From NCBI GenBank assembly GCA_965113315.1, contig OZ220367.1: DNA of 64,000 nucleotides, one strand, 5' to 3'. This DNA is from Podarcis vaucheri (lineage: Eukaryota). Shown here in pieces: positions 1-13,480 of this stretch (positions are counted from its first letter, which is position 1; each line of letters starts with the position of its first letter). Under the pieces are notes generated by a model. The model saw only the letters and a list, made by a program, of their open reading frames with translations, searched no databases and was not told where the DNA came from. The translations under genes and the position numbers were made by a program.

Positions 1-429
1 GTATTCCATATCGAGACAATCAACAGGGGAGGTACCAGACTAGCCGCTGTTGGAAACAGCAAGATGAACCAGTTGGTACAGAAAACCAGGTCCTAGGTTC
101 CACATCACTCCAGTAATGTAGGAATGGATGAACCACAAAGAGATGCAGGATCACATGAGAAGAACCACACCAGCAACAAAGGCTGAGTTAAGAAGGTGAT
201 GCTGATGAGCTTTTAGCTGTATAAACATGCCCTTCATCCATTACAGGAGCAGGGTGGAAAGCAGCTATGGGGGGCAGTAATCACACCGCTTGCATAACTT
301 AAGAACCAGACTACTGAGCAATAGTGCAGCTGCTTCTCTATTCAGAGGAAGTACTTAGTCCAATAGCAGAAACTGCCTAGTGTACCCCCATGAACTGTTG
401 CATCCTATATTCTTCTCCTTTATTTTGAT

Positions 430-800
430 GAGACTTGTCAGCCTGGGAAAACAGCCCACTTAGGAGAAAGAAAACTGACCCTAAACCTCCACAGCCTTGA
501 GGAACATCTTTGGGAGAAGAAAAGGCTAAGGAGCAAACCCTACCAAATCTGGAGTGGAGGCCCTAAGATGGATGGCACATTATACACCTCATTCCAGTGG
601 CCATGCAGCCATGCTGGTGCCAAATGAATTGCTCTGCCAAGAGGGGGGTCTTGCCATCTGGGCAGCCCAGGACCTCCTTGCACACTTCCCAGGCTTGCAC
701 CCTGGGGAGGTCACTTTAGTCCTGTTAACACAGCAGTTTTGACTTCTCCCCCAGAAATGTACTCCATTGTGTCTCAAGATAGACAGGTGCCAACAACTTT
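430..800 (+). mobile_element. Interspersed retroelement-derived repeat (RTE/Vingi-like, family uncertain)
   Basis: Resembles a recalled squamate repeat (ggagaaagaaaactgaccctaaacctcc...gggcagcccaggacctcc...gccaacaac); not verified. Confidence 0.35.
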
Positions 801-1769
801 GCTGCAATCAAGGATGCTTGCACCAGTGTAAAAACAGAGAAATGGTGCAATGCCAGCTCCAAATACCACACAATCATACAATGTGCACATTTAACATTAG
901 CAGAAGAAAATCCAATAGAAGCAAAGTATTTCTTTTAGAGGAAGAGACTGAGCCTGGAAAATAGGAGAATGAGTTTTCTGTCTTTGTGACTTGTTCTAAG
1001 AAGTTTTCTTTATTTCTTCTCCTTTAAAAGTTGTCTGAAAAGGACCATGCACAGAAAGGCTATGTGTACCCATACAGAAATAGTGAATCAATAAAATTCT
1101 AATGGCTATCCCCTTTTCAGTTGTTTAACCAGAGAAACTAGAGAGAACAAGAGGTGAGAGAGGTGATTCTCTTTTGTAATAGCAGGAATTGAAGTTTTGA
1201 GTGGGCGACAGAGGCATTTGCCTTGTCTCTTGAAATAATATGTTCTTGGCGAAAGGTACCGTAATAGCCTTTTATTGTCAAATCTTAAGATTCCTGGAAT
1301 GGCACATATGTGTGTATGGAGTTGGAAGGGGGAAGGGTGCAGCTTTGCTGGTATAGCTTGCGGGCATATGGTCTTGGTTGGTATGGATACCGTTGACTGA
1401 GCTGATTCTGAGTGAAGTGCTGTTGTGCAAGCCATCAACATACTTAGCTCGAGATGCAAATGATAGCCCACAACCAAAACAAAAAGGTCGTAGGGCAACA
1501 GCTTACAGGATCATGTGCTCAGGATCACTCCAGTTTTATAACCTTTTAGCACACTGCTAATCAGAGTGGATTCTGCTCTCTGTAGTTCTCACCTTGCTAG
1601 TCATTCCACCCTTTTGTCTACAGTGTGTATGTGCAGGATACAGAGAGCCAGCTTTGTGGGGTGAAGTGGTTTCCAAGCTGTATTATAGGGAACCCTGAGT
1701 TTTCTCAGTAGCTGATCAAGATCAGTAACGGTGAACAAACTTTACTGAAAGGCAGTTTCTCAAATACAG

Positions 1770-1896
1770 CAGGGATGGGGAAATGGTGGCCCTCCCAATG
1801 GTTTTGATTAAAACTTTCATCAGCATGGTCAGTGAGTAGGGTTGATAGGAAATGTGGTCCAACAAAATCTGGAGGGCCACAGGTTCCCATCCCTTG
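1770..1896. mobile_element. Short non-autonomous DNA transposon (MITE, hAT-like)
   Basis: Inverted ends cagggatggggaa..ggccctcc / ggagggcc..ttcccatccct. Related degenerate copies lie near 25190-25265, 37610-37700, 43814-43945, 43990-44120, 52835-52950 and 53145-53260. Confidence 0.6.
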
Positions 1897-4267
1897 TGTT
1901 GCTTGCATTTATTAGCTCATGTACTTATCATGTAGCTCCAGTGAGTCCCAACACATTTGGCCAGCAATTGGCATTGACAGAATGCACAAAACACATAACC
2001 TCTTCCCCAAGAATTCTCTGTACCTCACACAGGTTGTGTAGCAGATGTGCAGGGTTTCCTTGGGAGGGATGAAGTCTGAACATCTCTGGTATAATAGATA
2101 GACCTGAGAGATGGTCAGCCATGAACCAATGTAGGTGGTTCCCCTTACTTCACTGGGCATAAAAGTGGGATAACCCCTGGATATGTTGCTCTATGCTCCC
2201 TGGAGAGAAAGGATGCACATAATAAAATAAACATGCATAACAATCCCGATCCACTTTATACCCTTGATCAAATAAGTAGTAGCCTACAAAAGCTTAGGCC
2301 CTTGGGTGCCATAACATCCGTTGTCTTTTTATAGCCTCCTGCACTGATCCAGTCATGATGCTGATGCAAATCCCATTAACGCCAATGAGATTATTTCCAC
2401 CATCTTCACCGATTCAAATTCTGAATTTCGTTTGGTGACAGATGCAAGCCTAAATGCAACAATTCCATTATGGAAACCGTTTTTCAAAAAATTAGATTAG
2501 CTTCAGTACATGAAGCATAACAGCACTGACTAGATGATCCTTGATGTGTGAACATAAACAATGGAAGAGATTCCAATTATCTCTAATTCAGATTTTAGGC
2601 CAAAATCAGAGGTGTTGATGAATAATGGATTAGCTTTTTTGCAGAAACATCAGTGCCGAGCAGAACAAATATGAAAGAAAGTTTGGAAGGGGGGCTTCTG
2701 TATACGTGGGAGATGAGTAATTTGTTTAAACAGACATATGCCACATTTCTATCTCTTGATATCTCAACACTGCTTCAATTAACAAAACACATGTCAACAG
2801 GCAGCTTTGAAACAGGTAAAAAAATGGGTTCTAATTTATAGTTGGTGCATTTTGGGATAAGATTTGGTCTTGGACATTTTCTAGGAATCAGGGCTGGACC
2901 ATGGGAAGGTGTCTGAAGACAGGAAAGGAAGGGCAATTGGGATCAGAGAGTGAGCTACCAGGCAGTACTGAAGGCAAGAGCTCAGGTAGACCCTTCTGAT
3001 GAAGCATAGCACCAGTGACTTGACACAGGAAGCTTTCTTATACAACTTCCTGCCCAGAAGCAGCCAGCAGTCCAGTGAATAGGCCAGGTCCAGAACTTGG
3101 GATGTTCTTCACAGAAAGGATGCAATTGGGTCCTTTTTCACATGGGACAGTGGTCAGCAATTCCTGCTAGAGGGATAGTCTGCTACAAATATACATTACA
3201 CCTTCAAAGGAGAACTCGCTTCCATTGCCTCTGGGTAGATAACAACAATAAATATGCCCACTTATTTGAGTCATGGGGCATCTCCATGGCAGAACTCATG
3301 TTTCTTACAGGGTGGTGATGTTGGCATCATTGAGACCTTATGAGAGGGCATTGTATATATTTACAGGTGCTATTAATTACATAGAAGATGTGGGGGACAT
3401 TAATACCTGTGATGAGTATACTATGGAGGCCTGCCCTTGAAAGTAGCTCTACATATATTTGATGACCATTGTTGAACGCTGTGCAGAGGTATAATTTCAT
3501 GTCTCCATGGTGGCAGAGGAGCAGTGAGCATTCTGGTAATGAGTGGGATTTCTATAAAGGTCTGACGATACACTCTTGGGTATATTCAAGATTAAATTGC
3601 AAAAATGCAATGCGCTCCATGTGGGGGAGGGGGATTTTCTTGTGATTATGTGGTGTGAAAAGTTGCCATCAGCAGTATATGTACTCCTGACTCTGAGGAA
3701 TCATAATATGTGGTGTCAAACAAAGGCGGCTGGGTGAGAAATCCCCACTCTCCTCTCCCTCTAAATGAGATGTTTGATGTTCAGCAGAATAATAATTTTG
3801 TCTGCAGGTGTCCGTATTTCAAGACACATTTGGATAACATGTCTGTAGCTGTAGCTACATGTGAAAAGAACATTAGTCTCATGTATTATTTGGGTTGGAG
3901 GAACCGTGTATATTTTGTGAAAAGGGCTGGGACCGAGACAGGAAGGTGGTTCAGATTGATTGTAACCGTGAAAGGATGCATCTGGATAAGATTTCCTTCA
4001 ACTTTTTATCTGAGCCCTGGCTCAAGAGCTGTGCTCAGTCATTATCCATCCCTTATGTCCACGGGTCATTATCACAGTGCGCCATGCAAAGGAAGGTTTC
4101 CTGCATAAGCCATCAAAGGCTGTTGAGAAATGTCACACAGATAATATCTATGGAAGTTTACTAGCAGCATCAGCCATTCAGATCTTGGAAAGGAAAAAAA
4201 CTTTTCATCCACACAGCTCTCTTTTGTGTTACAGGAGAAGCTATTGGTCACTGATCAATGTTAGCCA

Positions 4268-4855
4268 TGTTATAGATTTGGAAGAGGGACCTGTCCCCCC
4301 CCCCAAACCCCAAGAAATTAATAAATGGCAGGATTTTGATTATTTGGGAGGTGAAGGGAGAAGTACAAACTGCAGAGTAATTCCTGGGCAAGCTAGGGCC
4401 ATTAAGAAACAATATAGGGCCACTGAGGGCTATTGGCAAGGCAAGAAAAATGTCCTCCCCCCCTGCCCAGAGACAGGGGTTTGGAAGGTTGCCAGGGTTA
4501 CTGGGTATGAGGTGATAGGAAGAGTCTTTAGCAAGGGTTGCTTGGAAGAAGGAAAAGGAAGAAGGACTGGGATCCATGTTGGGCAGGTTGGCTGCAAGTA
4601 GGCTAGGAGAGATGCCTTGGACTCCATGGCTGCACTGCTGTGGGATACAAGTCCCTCTTGAAATGATCCTGCTGTAAGGTCTGGACTCCCTCTATGCAGA
4701 CTGAAGGTGTAAATAGGTGAATCAACCATATTTCTTAAAACTATGACAGTCTCCGCCATGTCTCAATTCCCCAAAGGACCACAGACCCTGGGTGAGTGCC
4801 TGGAACTCCATGGCTCTTGCCACCATTGGGTAGAGAGAGGGGAAGGCACCCAACT
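4268..4855 (+). mobile_element. Possible degraded solo LTR
   Basis: Starts TGTTA, is purine-rich and contains a tgtaaatag..aaccatatttcttaaaa segment resembling squamate ERV LTR poly(A) regions. The 3' CA end and TSD were not resolved. Confidence 0.3.
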
Positions 4856-5064
4856 TTTGTAGCAGCCATCAGCCACTATTTGCAAACTGGGTAGTCTTTG
4901 CTGTTTAATAGTCAAAATTAGTTGTATGAAGACTGTTTATGGCACTGTTATCCCATGGAAACATTGCAAGGTGCATCAAGCCACTGGTGGCAACTGTTGC
5001 TTGTACACTATTGCAAAGGGATGCTTGTATTGTATGCACTGGAATTGGACATGGGTAAGGAGTT

Positions 5065-5165
5065 TGATCAAACTGCGGGAGGCAGTGGAGGACAGAAGTG
5101 CCTGGCGTGCTCTGGTCCATGGGGTCACGAAGAGTCGGACACGACTAAACAACAACAACAACAAC
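5065..5165 (+). mobile_element. 5'-truncated RTE/BovB-type LINE 3' end with (CAA)n tail
   Basis: Encodes KLREAVEDRSAWRALVHGVTKSRTRL (BovB-like RT C-terminus); TSD AAGGAGTT at 5057-5064 and 5166-5173. Confidence 0.85.
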
Positions 5166-5620
5166 AAGGAGTTCTGGAAATAGACAAGAATACAATAATC
5201 AGGATGCTATAATCAGTTTATTGGATTACATCTTGTTTGGAAAGTCAGAGGTAGCCTTGTGTTTATTAGTGTATATGCCAAACTGGCAGGCTGCTCTGAA
5301 AACTTTTTAAAATAAACTGTTTGTAAAGATCACAAGACATTGCATCTAACTAAATGGGCAGCATACAGTAGAAGCAGTTGGAAAGGATGGCTGATTTGCA
5401 TGTCTTTCAGGCGGGATACCTTAGAAGACATGGTGTAAGTATTTAGCACTATTGCCAAGAGAGCAGAGAAGCAAAAAGTTGTTGCTATTTTAAAAGCATT
5501 ATTTGCTAGGATTTTAATACTGTATAGCGCTGGAACACATATCCAGAAAAGCCAAAGCTGTTTCCAGAACTTTGTGAATATGGCCAATCAAGCCAGGGAT
5601 CCATTGGAAAATAATAGTTT

Positions 5621-6534
5621 GAATGAAAATGAAAATGTTTATTCGGCTTTACGCCCATCATAAAGCACAACACAACAAAACAAAACAAATAAAACAGTGG
5701 ACTCATACAAGCCACCAGTAATATAACACAGTTCACAGCTCACAGGGACAGATATTAGCAATTCAAAATAAAAAATTAAGATTAAGATTTAGGCACTACG
5801 CTAAAATCAATATCTGATGTCATTGTAGAAAATTCTTATAACTATCAATAATCGGCTAACATTCCATTCCGTCTCTTGTACGAGAGGACGGCTGTTAGGA
5901 ATTTAGCAACCTGTAGGGTAATATAAGGATCCACATCTTGAAGAACCCAGGCAAGCTGTGGGTCTACTGATTTGTCAGCCATAGGCTGGATTATTGAGTT
6001 TAGTATACTAGCACGAGCTGAACTGTACATAGGGCAGATAAACATGACATGCTGTAGAGATTCAGATGTTTTCATATCACAAGCACACATTGAAGGAACT
6101 TGGCCCTTAGTGAATCTATGTCTCAGGACATTTGTTGGAAAAACATTGAACCTAACTCTAATGAAGGCGTATCAGTGAGACGCGGCCATAAGCGATGTTA
6201 AGTAGGATGGAGCACGGTAGATAGGGATTATGCCGAAATTTAACAGCGAGCAGACTCCACCACCAGCTAAAAAAATTTGGTATAGCTCCGTATCATCCAG
6301 CCTTTGATTTAAACACCTTGTTGCCACATTTAGATCCAGTTTGAGCAATTCAGAGGGCGAGATCTCATAGGACAGCAATTTGGCATGGATTTTTCCTGAC
6401 CACAAATTTGTGAAGTCATCCCGCCACATACATTGAATGAGATAGTGGTTCGGGAGTTTATGCCATAGGGATATCCAATAAATCAAAACTCTCCTCCATA
6501 GAACTAACTCCACTGAGGGGATCTTCATTTTTTA
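5621..6534 (-). mobile_element. 5'-truncated non-LTR retrotransposon 3' part (RTE-X-like), degenerate ORF2 C-terminus
   Basis: ORF remnants at 6172-6528 and 5845-6090 with a CxC...E..QHVMFICPMY zinc-knuckle-like motif; minus-strand AATAAA plus (TTCAT)n tail; 13-bp TSD AAAATAATAGTTT at 5608-5620 and 6535-6547. Confidence 0.8.
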
Positions 6535-8039
6535 AAAATAATAGTTTTATAAATGCATTTGATCCTTTCAGAGCAAGATAATCTCACCTCTATGGGGATT
6601 TTCTGCAAATGGAGTTAAGCAATGACTCAGATCAGTGTTTTGGAAACTTTCATTGCTGAGGTTTGCTCTGAAATTGTTGTATTAGTAAACGTAAGGCTCA
6701 TGTGCCTAAGTTTTATCAGTTTGTGCCTGTCTCATGGTCACTTTCACACATGGGATGCTTCAAAATTATACAAGAAAGCAACAGCTTAAATCTAACCTGG
6801 GAAAATAAAGAAAGTTGCTTTGCTGTTGCCTGCCAGAACTATTAAACTGACTTGCTAGCCTTGTTGTTTTTAGTTTTCTTTAACACATTGCTGCTTCTGA
6901 TGTCTTGTGGCTTGAAAAGCTTTCAAAGGGAATGTTGATGTTAAATAAGAGGAAGCTTATAAACATCCCAAAATACCGATTTAAAGACTGACATCAGCAG
7001 ACTTTTGTGTTGTCTCTGCCGATTTGCTGAAACATCCATGTGCTTGCATCTTGACATAAGGGGTTTTGCACATTCAGCTACGCTGGTACAATTTTAGTAG
7101 GAAAGTTGCAAGCATTTGAGGAGAGGCAAACACACACACACACCCCTCCACAAATGTTCACAAGAAGGAACAAGGGGAACATAGGATGGCTTGCAGCCTG
7201 ATGCAAGCAGAACTGTGTTCAGTCTGCGAGCCATTGCCTCCCAAGCTCCCTGCCCCACCATGGAAAAAATGTAGGAAGTGAAGAAAAAGCAGAGGTTGCA
7301 TTTGTCCCTGAAAACCATCTCTTCCTTTCCTCCTCCTCCTGCTCCCAGAACTGGGACTAGAATCATATCCCAGCATCCTTGGTGGAGAAGCGATGTTGCA
7401 GATACTATTCACAAAGCCTCCTCCCAAGCAGGAATGGGATAGCATCACTTTCCAACTAAGGATGCAGGGACTAATAATTCATACTCCAGTCCCATGTGGG
7501 GGGAAATGTGCTACTGGGAGCATCCACAGCCACCACTACCTGTACAGCATTTCCTGTCGCAAGAAGGGAGAGTGCCCCCCCCCACTACAGCAGTAGGACA
7601 CAGCAGACTTCGTCCTGAGAAAACTCAATGATCCCAATTTTATTTTATTTTATTCTTTGGTAGATTTGCAAAAAAGAAAAACACACACCAATGAATAAAT
7701 TTTAGAAAGGGGCAAGATTTGACATGGACGCACAAAGCATTTTCTTGTATATATAAAAAAATCAAGACTCCTTCTGCTCCCCCTTTCTTCCTGCTCAGGG
7801 CAACCCTGCCCTCTACCTGCCTCTCAGAGCCAGCACGTCACGTCAGTCGGGGGGGCCACAGCCTCTCCTCCTCCTCGCCCACTCTCCAGCTGCTCAAGGA
7901 AGGAGGCCAATCACAACACATAGGCTAATAGTTGATCAGCAGCTACACTATCTAGTGAGCACGGATCCTTAGCATGAATCTTACTTACATATTCTGTTGA
8001 AAAATATCGGCTGATGAAGACTATTATGAAACAGTAGTA

Positions 8040-8281
8040 CAGTGGAACCTCGGGTTAGATACGCTTCAGGTTACAGACGCTTCAGGTTGCAGACTCCACT
8101 AACCCAGAAATAGTGCTTGAGGTTAAGAACTTTGCTTCAGGATGAGAACAGAAATCATGCCGCAGCGGTGCAGCGGCAGCGGGAGACCCCATTAGCTAAA
8201 GTGGTACTTCAGGTTAAGAACAGTTTCAGATTAAGAGCGGACCTCCGGAACGAATTAACTACGTAACCAGAGGTACCACTG
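8040..8281 (+). mobile_element. Tc1/mariner-type MITE, 242 bp
   Basis: TIRs CAGTGG(T/A)ACCTC...GAGGTACCACTG with TA target duplication; near-identical to the copies at 15639 and 45600. Confidence 0.9.
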
Positions 8282-11200
8282 TATCATTCCGGAGACACTG
8301 TCCTTTTGAGGCTTTTGAGACATCTTCCATTGAAACTTTTGAAAGGCTATTGAGAGACTGTCATTAGACATCTGTTTTGAACACACGGCTTGACGGTCCT
8401 TGCTACCACTCTGTTATATTGTACATATGAACTTTGATTGGCTTCTTCCTATAATTTGAATGATATTATTATTCTATTATATATTCTCTACTATTAGCCT
8501 ATGTCTTGTGTTTGTATTGCTGTGATTGGTTCTTGTTGCAACACAGGGGTTTGTTTTTGGTTCAAGGGAGTAGGCCAGCAGCGGCAGCCATGGAGAGGCA
8601 ACGGGGTGCTCCTTTGTGCTACTGTCGCCACTGCTACATCCAGGGACAAGCGCTGGCTCATCCTCCTCCCCTAGCTTGACAGCAGCACTGGCAGGGGAAA
8701 TGGAGACATTCCAGGATCAAATCAGAAGCTGGGATGGTTTTTGTAATTTCAGGACTGTCCCTTGAAAATCGGGACACTTGGAGGGTATGGTAGTGGTTAT
8801 GTTGCTCTGTCAAAGCTCTGCTGCTGCCAGCCAGGGAGTTGGATTACAGTCTTACGTGGCTCACAGTCCTGTTTACACTGCCTTGAGTGCATGCTCCAGT
8901 GAATACAGAACATTCACATACGTATATTCACTTCTGACTAGCCATTGATTGGCTCACACTGTAAGGGCATATCATCCTATACTATAAAAAAGCCCCAGTC
9001 AGTTTAACGATCAATGGCTTCCCCCGCAGAATCCTGGGAAATTGAGTTTAGTGAGGGTGTTGACAGTCTTTAAGAGATCTCCTCACAGAACTTCTGGTGC
9101 CAAGATCCCAAAGGGAGGAAGGAATGACTGTTAAACTGACTAAACTCTGTTGATATGACCACAGAACCCACAAACCTGATTTTCACTGATAGCATTTATA
9201 TTCACAGCTGACTGAGAAGAGCTAAATAAAGTTACTGCCTCATTGAGACTATTACTGCATCTTATTATACTAAAGCTTAAAGTTCCACAATGAATTCTTT
9301 TCTTAAAAAAAAGATTTTTAAAAAAATCTACATATAATGTGCCTTTTACTAAATTAAAAACAGAATGTTTAAAGTAACAGAAGGGGAAATTTATTAATTT
9401 TTTTTAAAGGAACTGAGAGGTCAAATTTTTAAAATGAAGGCTTTTCCTTTAAAATAAAAGCATCCTTTGCACTGAAAATGTAAACTAACTTGGAACTAGT
9501 TATTATTGGTAATTAGGAGTAACCCTGAGCTGTTTCACAGAACTACAGTTCCCAGGATTCCCTGCTTGAGTTTCATGGCAGCTTTGAAAACCATCTTTCC
9601 ATTTGTCAAGCGGATGTGCCCTTAATTCCTATTGTTAAAAGACACGTCCTTTATTCGCACTGTTTGTTTTGCACCGGCCAATTAAATGTATTTTTTACTT
9701 AGGAGGAAGCTCAAATTCAGTGGGAGTTTCCCCCTCACTGTTAAATATACATAGGACTGCATTATCATTATGCATAATTCAGACTCAAATACTAATAATG
9801 TCATGAAACTTTATAATATACAGAGGTATCTCCCCTAGGTGCCCTCTGAGGCTGCATACTTAGCTACCTGCTGCTAATTGCTCCTGGAGGGCATTTCCTG
9901 CACGTTCCATGCTGCCACCTCACCCTGCGTGCCTCTCTTGTTTGTGTCAGGCTTTGCCAACTCTAAAGAGCCCCGCCCTGCCAAAGCAACCCAGTAGCGA
10001 GAAACAAGAACACTAAGAACTGATACCCTAAACTTAATCCAGCCCAGTTTTGAATAAGCTTGTTTACCATTGCACTTGCACATGACAAGGTCACAAACCA
10101 GCACAGAGCTTGCAGCATTTAAACTCGTAATAGACTCAATAAAATTCACTCACATAAAAACATTCTCGTGAATTGCCACGTGCTCCGTATGAATGCATAA
10201 AAAAATGAATTTTTAAAAGATGTGTTTGCTGCATTAAATGGCTTTGTTACTTCGCTGCGTAGAGATAACAGGCAAACTGAACAACCACCCCGTTTTTCAA
10301 ATTCCAAAACTTCTGCATCACCTCCCCATATAGTATCCTTGTTTGATGCGGTGCAGTATCAAATAAGAGCTGTGGATCTCACAATAAGCCAGTGCACAGT
10401 GTTTGAAGTGTAGCAGTACAACACTATGTTGTGCATACAACACTACGTATGTGGAAGCACTCAATGAGTATGGAAACTGGCCAGTGCCTAGATGGAAGAT
10501 GACATATATCCCATGTAAACAACTCTGAGGTTTCTACAGAAAGGAAGCGTTTAGTATCATCAGTAAAATAGCAAGCATATGATTTACAATTGAGAGGATA
10601 GTTTGTAGCATGGTGTTTCGGTTACCATACTCAAAATTTATAATCAATTTTTTGAGGGTGCAATACCAACGTGTCAGAGGGGAGGCGTAAATTTGAAGGC
10701 AGTTCTACCACCTAATGCAAACCCCTTCTGGACTCAAGCCAGCAGAGTGGAAGTCTGCATACCTCAGTTGTTTCTGGGCCTTATAGTATTAATTTTGGGT
10801 GAGAGTCGGGATTGTCTGTTTCCATCCTGTTATTTCCAGCAGGAGGGGAAAGGGGCGGGGGAGAGGTTTAGAGATGCTCAGAGGTGTCTAAACCTTTCTC
10901 CAATTGTTGGATCCAGAATGTCCCTAGAATGTCCCTTTTCTGGCCCTACTGATGCCAGAAGCGTGATGTCAGTTGGGCCAGAACTTCAGTGGGATGCTGG
11001 TGATTTTGAAGAACTAGGCTCCAACACTGAAGTTTGGTCTTCAACATCCAAGGTGAAGATCCAGTCTGCCCTATGGCTACAAAGGATTCCACTCTTAAGT
11101 GATTATATGAACACCACAATATTAAAGAGCATTCTCTACCCAGATTAAAACATCAACAAAATTATTTTTCTCTTAGGAACAATGAAGTAAATTTGCTCCT

Positions 11201-13396
11201 TGCTTCTAGCATTCTGGTTAGTTATTGCAAAAGCACTGGGGAATAATGATCTATCCTTAGGAGGTTTCAAAGTTGTATTTTATTGACTTAAACTGGACTA
11301 CATGTATTTGGGCTTTGTTATTTCTTATTAAAAAAAACACAATCCCCACTCCAATCTCACTCTTTCCAGGAAGACTCTCAACAATTAGCACTACGCTATC
11401 CCTATTACAAAATCTCTGGCTGTGGGCCTGATTTCAAACTGTACAATAAAACAAACTAGAAATTATTGTTATTATTATTATTATTTCCAGCTTAGTTTAC
11501 AGCAAAATATGTAACATGAGAAAAATCTCAGTTTCCACATTAAATATATTTTAGTAAATTTATTGATGCTGGGCCCCTATTTTATACGGCTCCAATGATT
11601 TTCAAATTTTGTTGTAGAAACCCTTGGATCTTCAGGCACTTTTCAGGGGTTCCTCATGAGTAATGGCAAGCAAGCTTCCCTAAAAGTGAGATGGCATGCT
11701 CCTATTAGCCTTCCTTTGCAATTCCAGAGTAGCCTCTCAATTTGCACATTGTAGAATCCAGTTTCATAAACAAGACTCTTTCAATGCCCCACATAAACTG
11801 AGGGTGACATTAGAACTCAGCCCACAATGTTCTGCAGGGTTTCGGGTTTTCATGACAAACGAAACCGATGTGAAAGGCTCTCTGCAAGGAGGGAACTTGA
11901 AAACTATTGTAACTAGATCCAAAGATGCATCGGAAGCTATTGGCTGTAGCCTGACTGAAGATTCAGTAAACTGCTTTTAAGCACTTGTTGCAGAAGTTGC
12001 CTGCACCACAGTTGTGGCCAATCTGGTTTGCAATGGAGTATCTCATATGTTGAAATTAACTAAGGGTTTCTGCTTCACGCCTCTGTACCACACCTTCTAA
12101 CTGGGAGGCCCGAGGTAATACTAAGCTCATAAAGCATGCTGAGTATGAACATTCCAAGAATACTTCCCTTTGTGTACAGGTTGTGCTGTTACATAAGAAA
12201 GAAAGGCAACCTAGCATGTCATCCCCTCCACTGGTTTACCACATCACTGCATTCCAATAAGGCACTTTCAGCAATGTTTCCAAGTGTTCCTCCTGCACAA
12301 ATCTGAGGTGAAAGATCCTCTATGATAAGAAGACTGTTTTCTCCTTAGATGCTCCCCAGCCTTTTTGCTACTATACATGAGTGACTGAAATCACTATTAA
12401 GCTAGAAGTCTCATTATTTGCTATTTACAGAGTGAGAAAGATCAGGTCTTTTCCATGGCCCGCCCTCATTATTCCTCCCCCATTTCCTCACTCCTTCTGC
12501 ACCAAACTTCTTTTTCAGAACAGCATTTCATTGCACATGTATTAGGGAAGGAAGAATCTCTATGTTTCTAGACCACATCACAAGCTTTCACCCATAATTT
12601 ATTTCAATTTCCGTATTAATCTGCATTTTTTTTTAAAAAAAAAAACCAAACCCTTCTCAAAATCAGGAGTGGGGTCAAGGGTTGGCATGTGGTGTATTTT
12701 TCTCCAAGAATATGCATAAAAATGGGCATTTGCTCTCAAAATCCATATTTTGATACTTTCCAGAACAATGTCATTACGCTTGGAGAAATGTGAAATATGG
12801 TGGATAACTTCAGTTCCAATGCACACATTGGTCTGAGATGTGTTCATCAGGTCGTTTCATATAGGAATCCCAAAAAATGTGAATTCTTCAAATGGTTGTA
12901 GCATGCATGATGTTCTGCGAACTCTTCTTAAAGAGCAATGTACATGTAATGAACCTAAACATTACTGAAAGAACTTACTAAGAGGATGTAAATGGCATAT
13001 GTCAAAACTACTTCCCTTGTAATTAACATGATTCAGAAGAATGTAAATTGGTGCCTTTGTAATTACTTGTTGCTGTCCTGTAGGAATCGGGTATGCAATT
13101 TATCCAAGTGTCTTTAAGTAAATCAGTTGCAGCGCACTGTAATCCAGTTCTTCGTTTGTTTTTGACTCTTTAAATTATCACGGTTCCCTTTGACCCCCGC
13201 CTTCACAATTTTATGTAAAAGTGCTTAGTCTAAAGAAAGAAGGAAGCCCCGCTCAGACTTGTTGAGTAGGATAAAATACTTTTGAACAGTTTCTCTTCCC
13301 AAAAATTTTATGTGTCAAACTGAGTGCTATTTATAGAGCTATGTGTACATAACACATAATGCAGTGCAAATGGAGTGCATTGGTCTTATGTCTGAG

Positions 13397-13480
13397 CTGT
13401 AATTCTTATGCCTGTTTACTCAGAAATAAGTACCACATCGTTCAGTGGGTCTTACTTCTAAGTAAGTGCATATAGGATTG
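13397..13480. repeat. Old ~85-bp quasi-palindromic dispersed repeat (MITE-like)
   Basis: aattcttatgc..tttactcagaaataagt..cttacttctaagtaagtgcatataggattg. Similar degenerate copies lie near 40778-40850, 48648-48730 and 49412-49850 (the last interrupted by a SINE). Confidence 0.55.

Noticed and set aside
3710-4759. Cluster of 90-174 aa ORFs
   Set aside because: There are no recognisable motifs or splice-supported exon structure, and part of the cluster lies within a putative LTR-like repeat.
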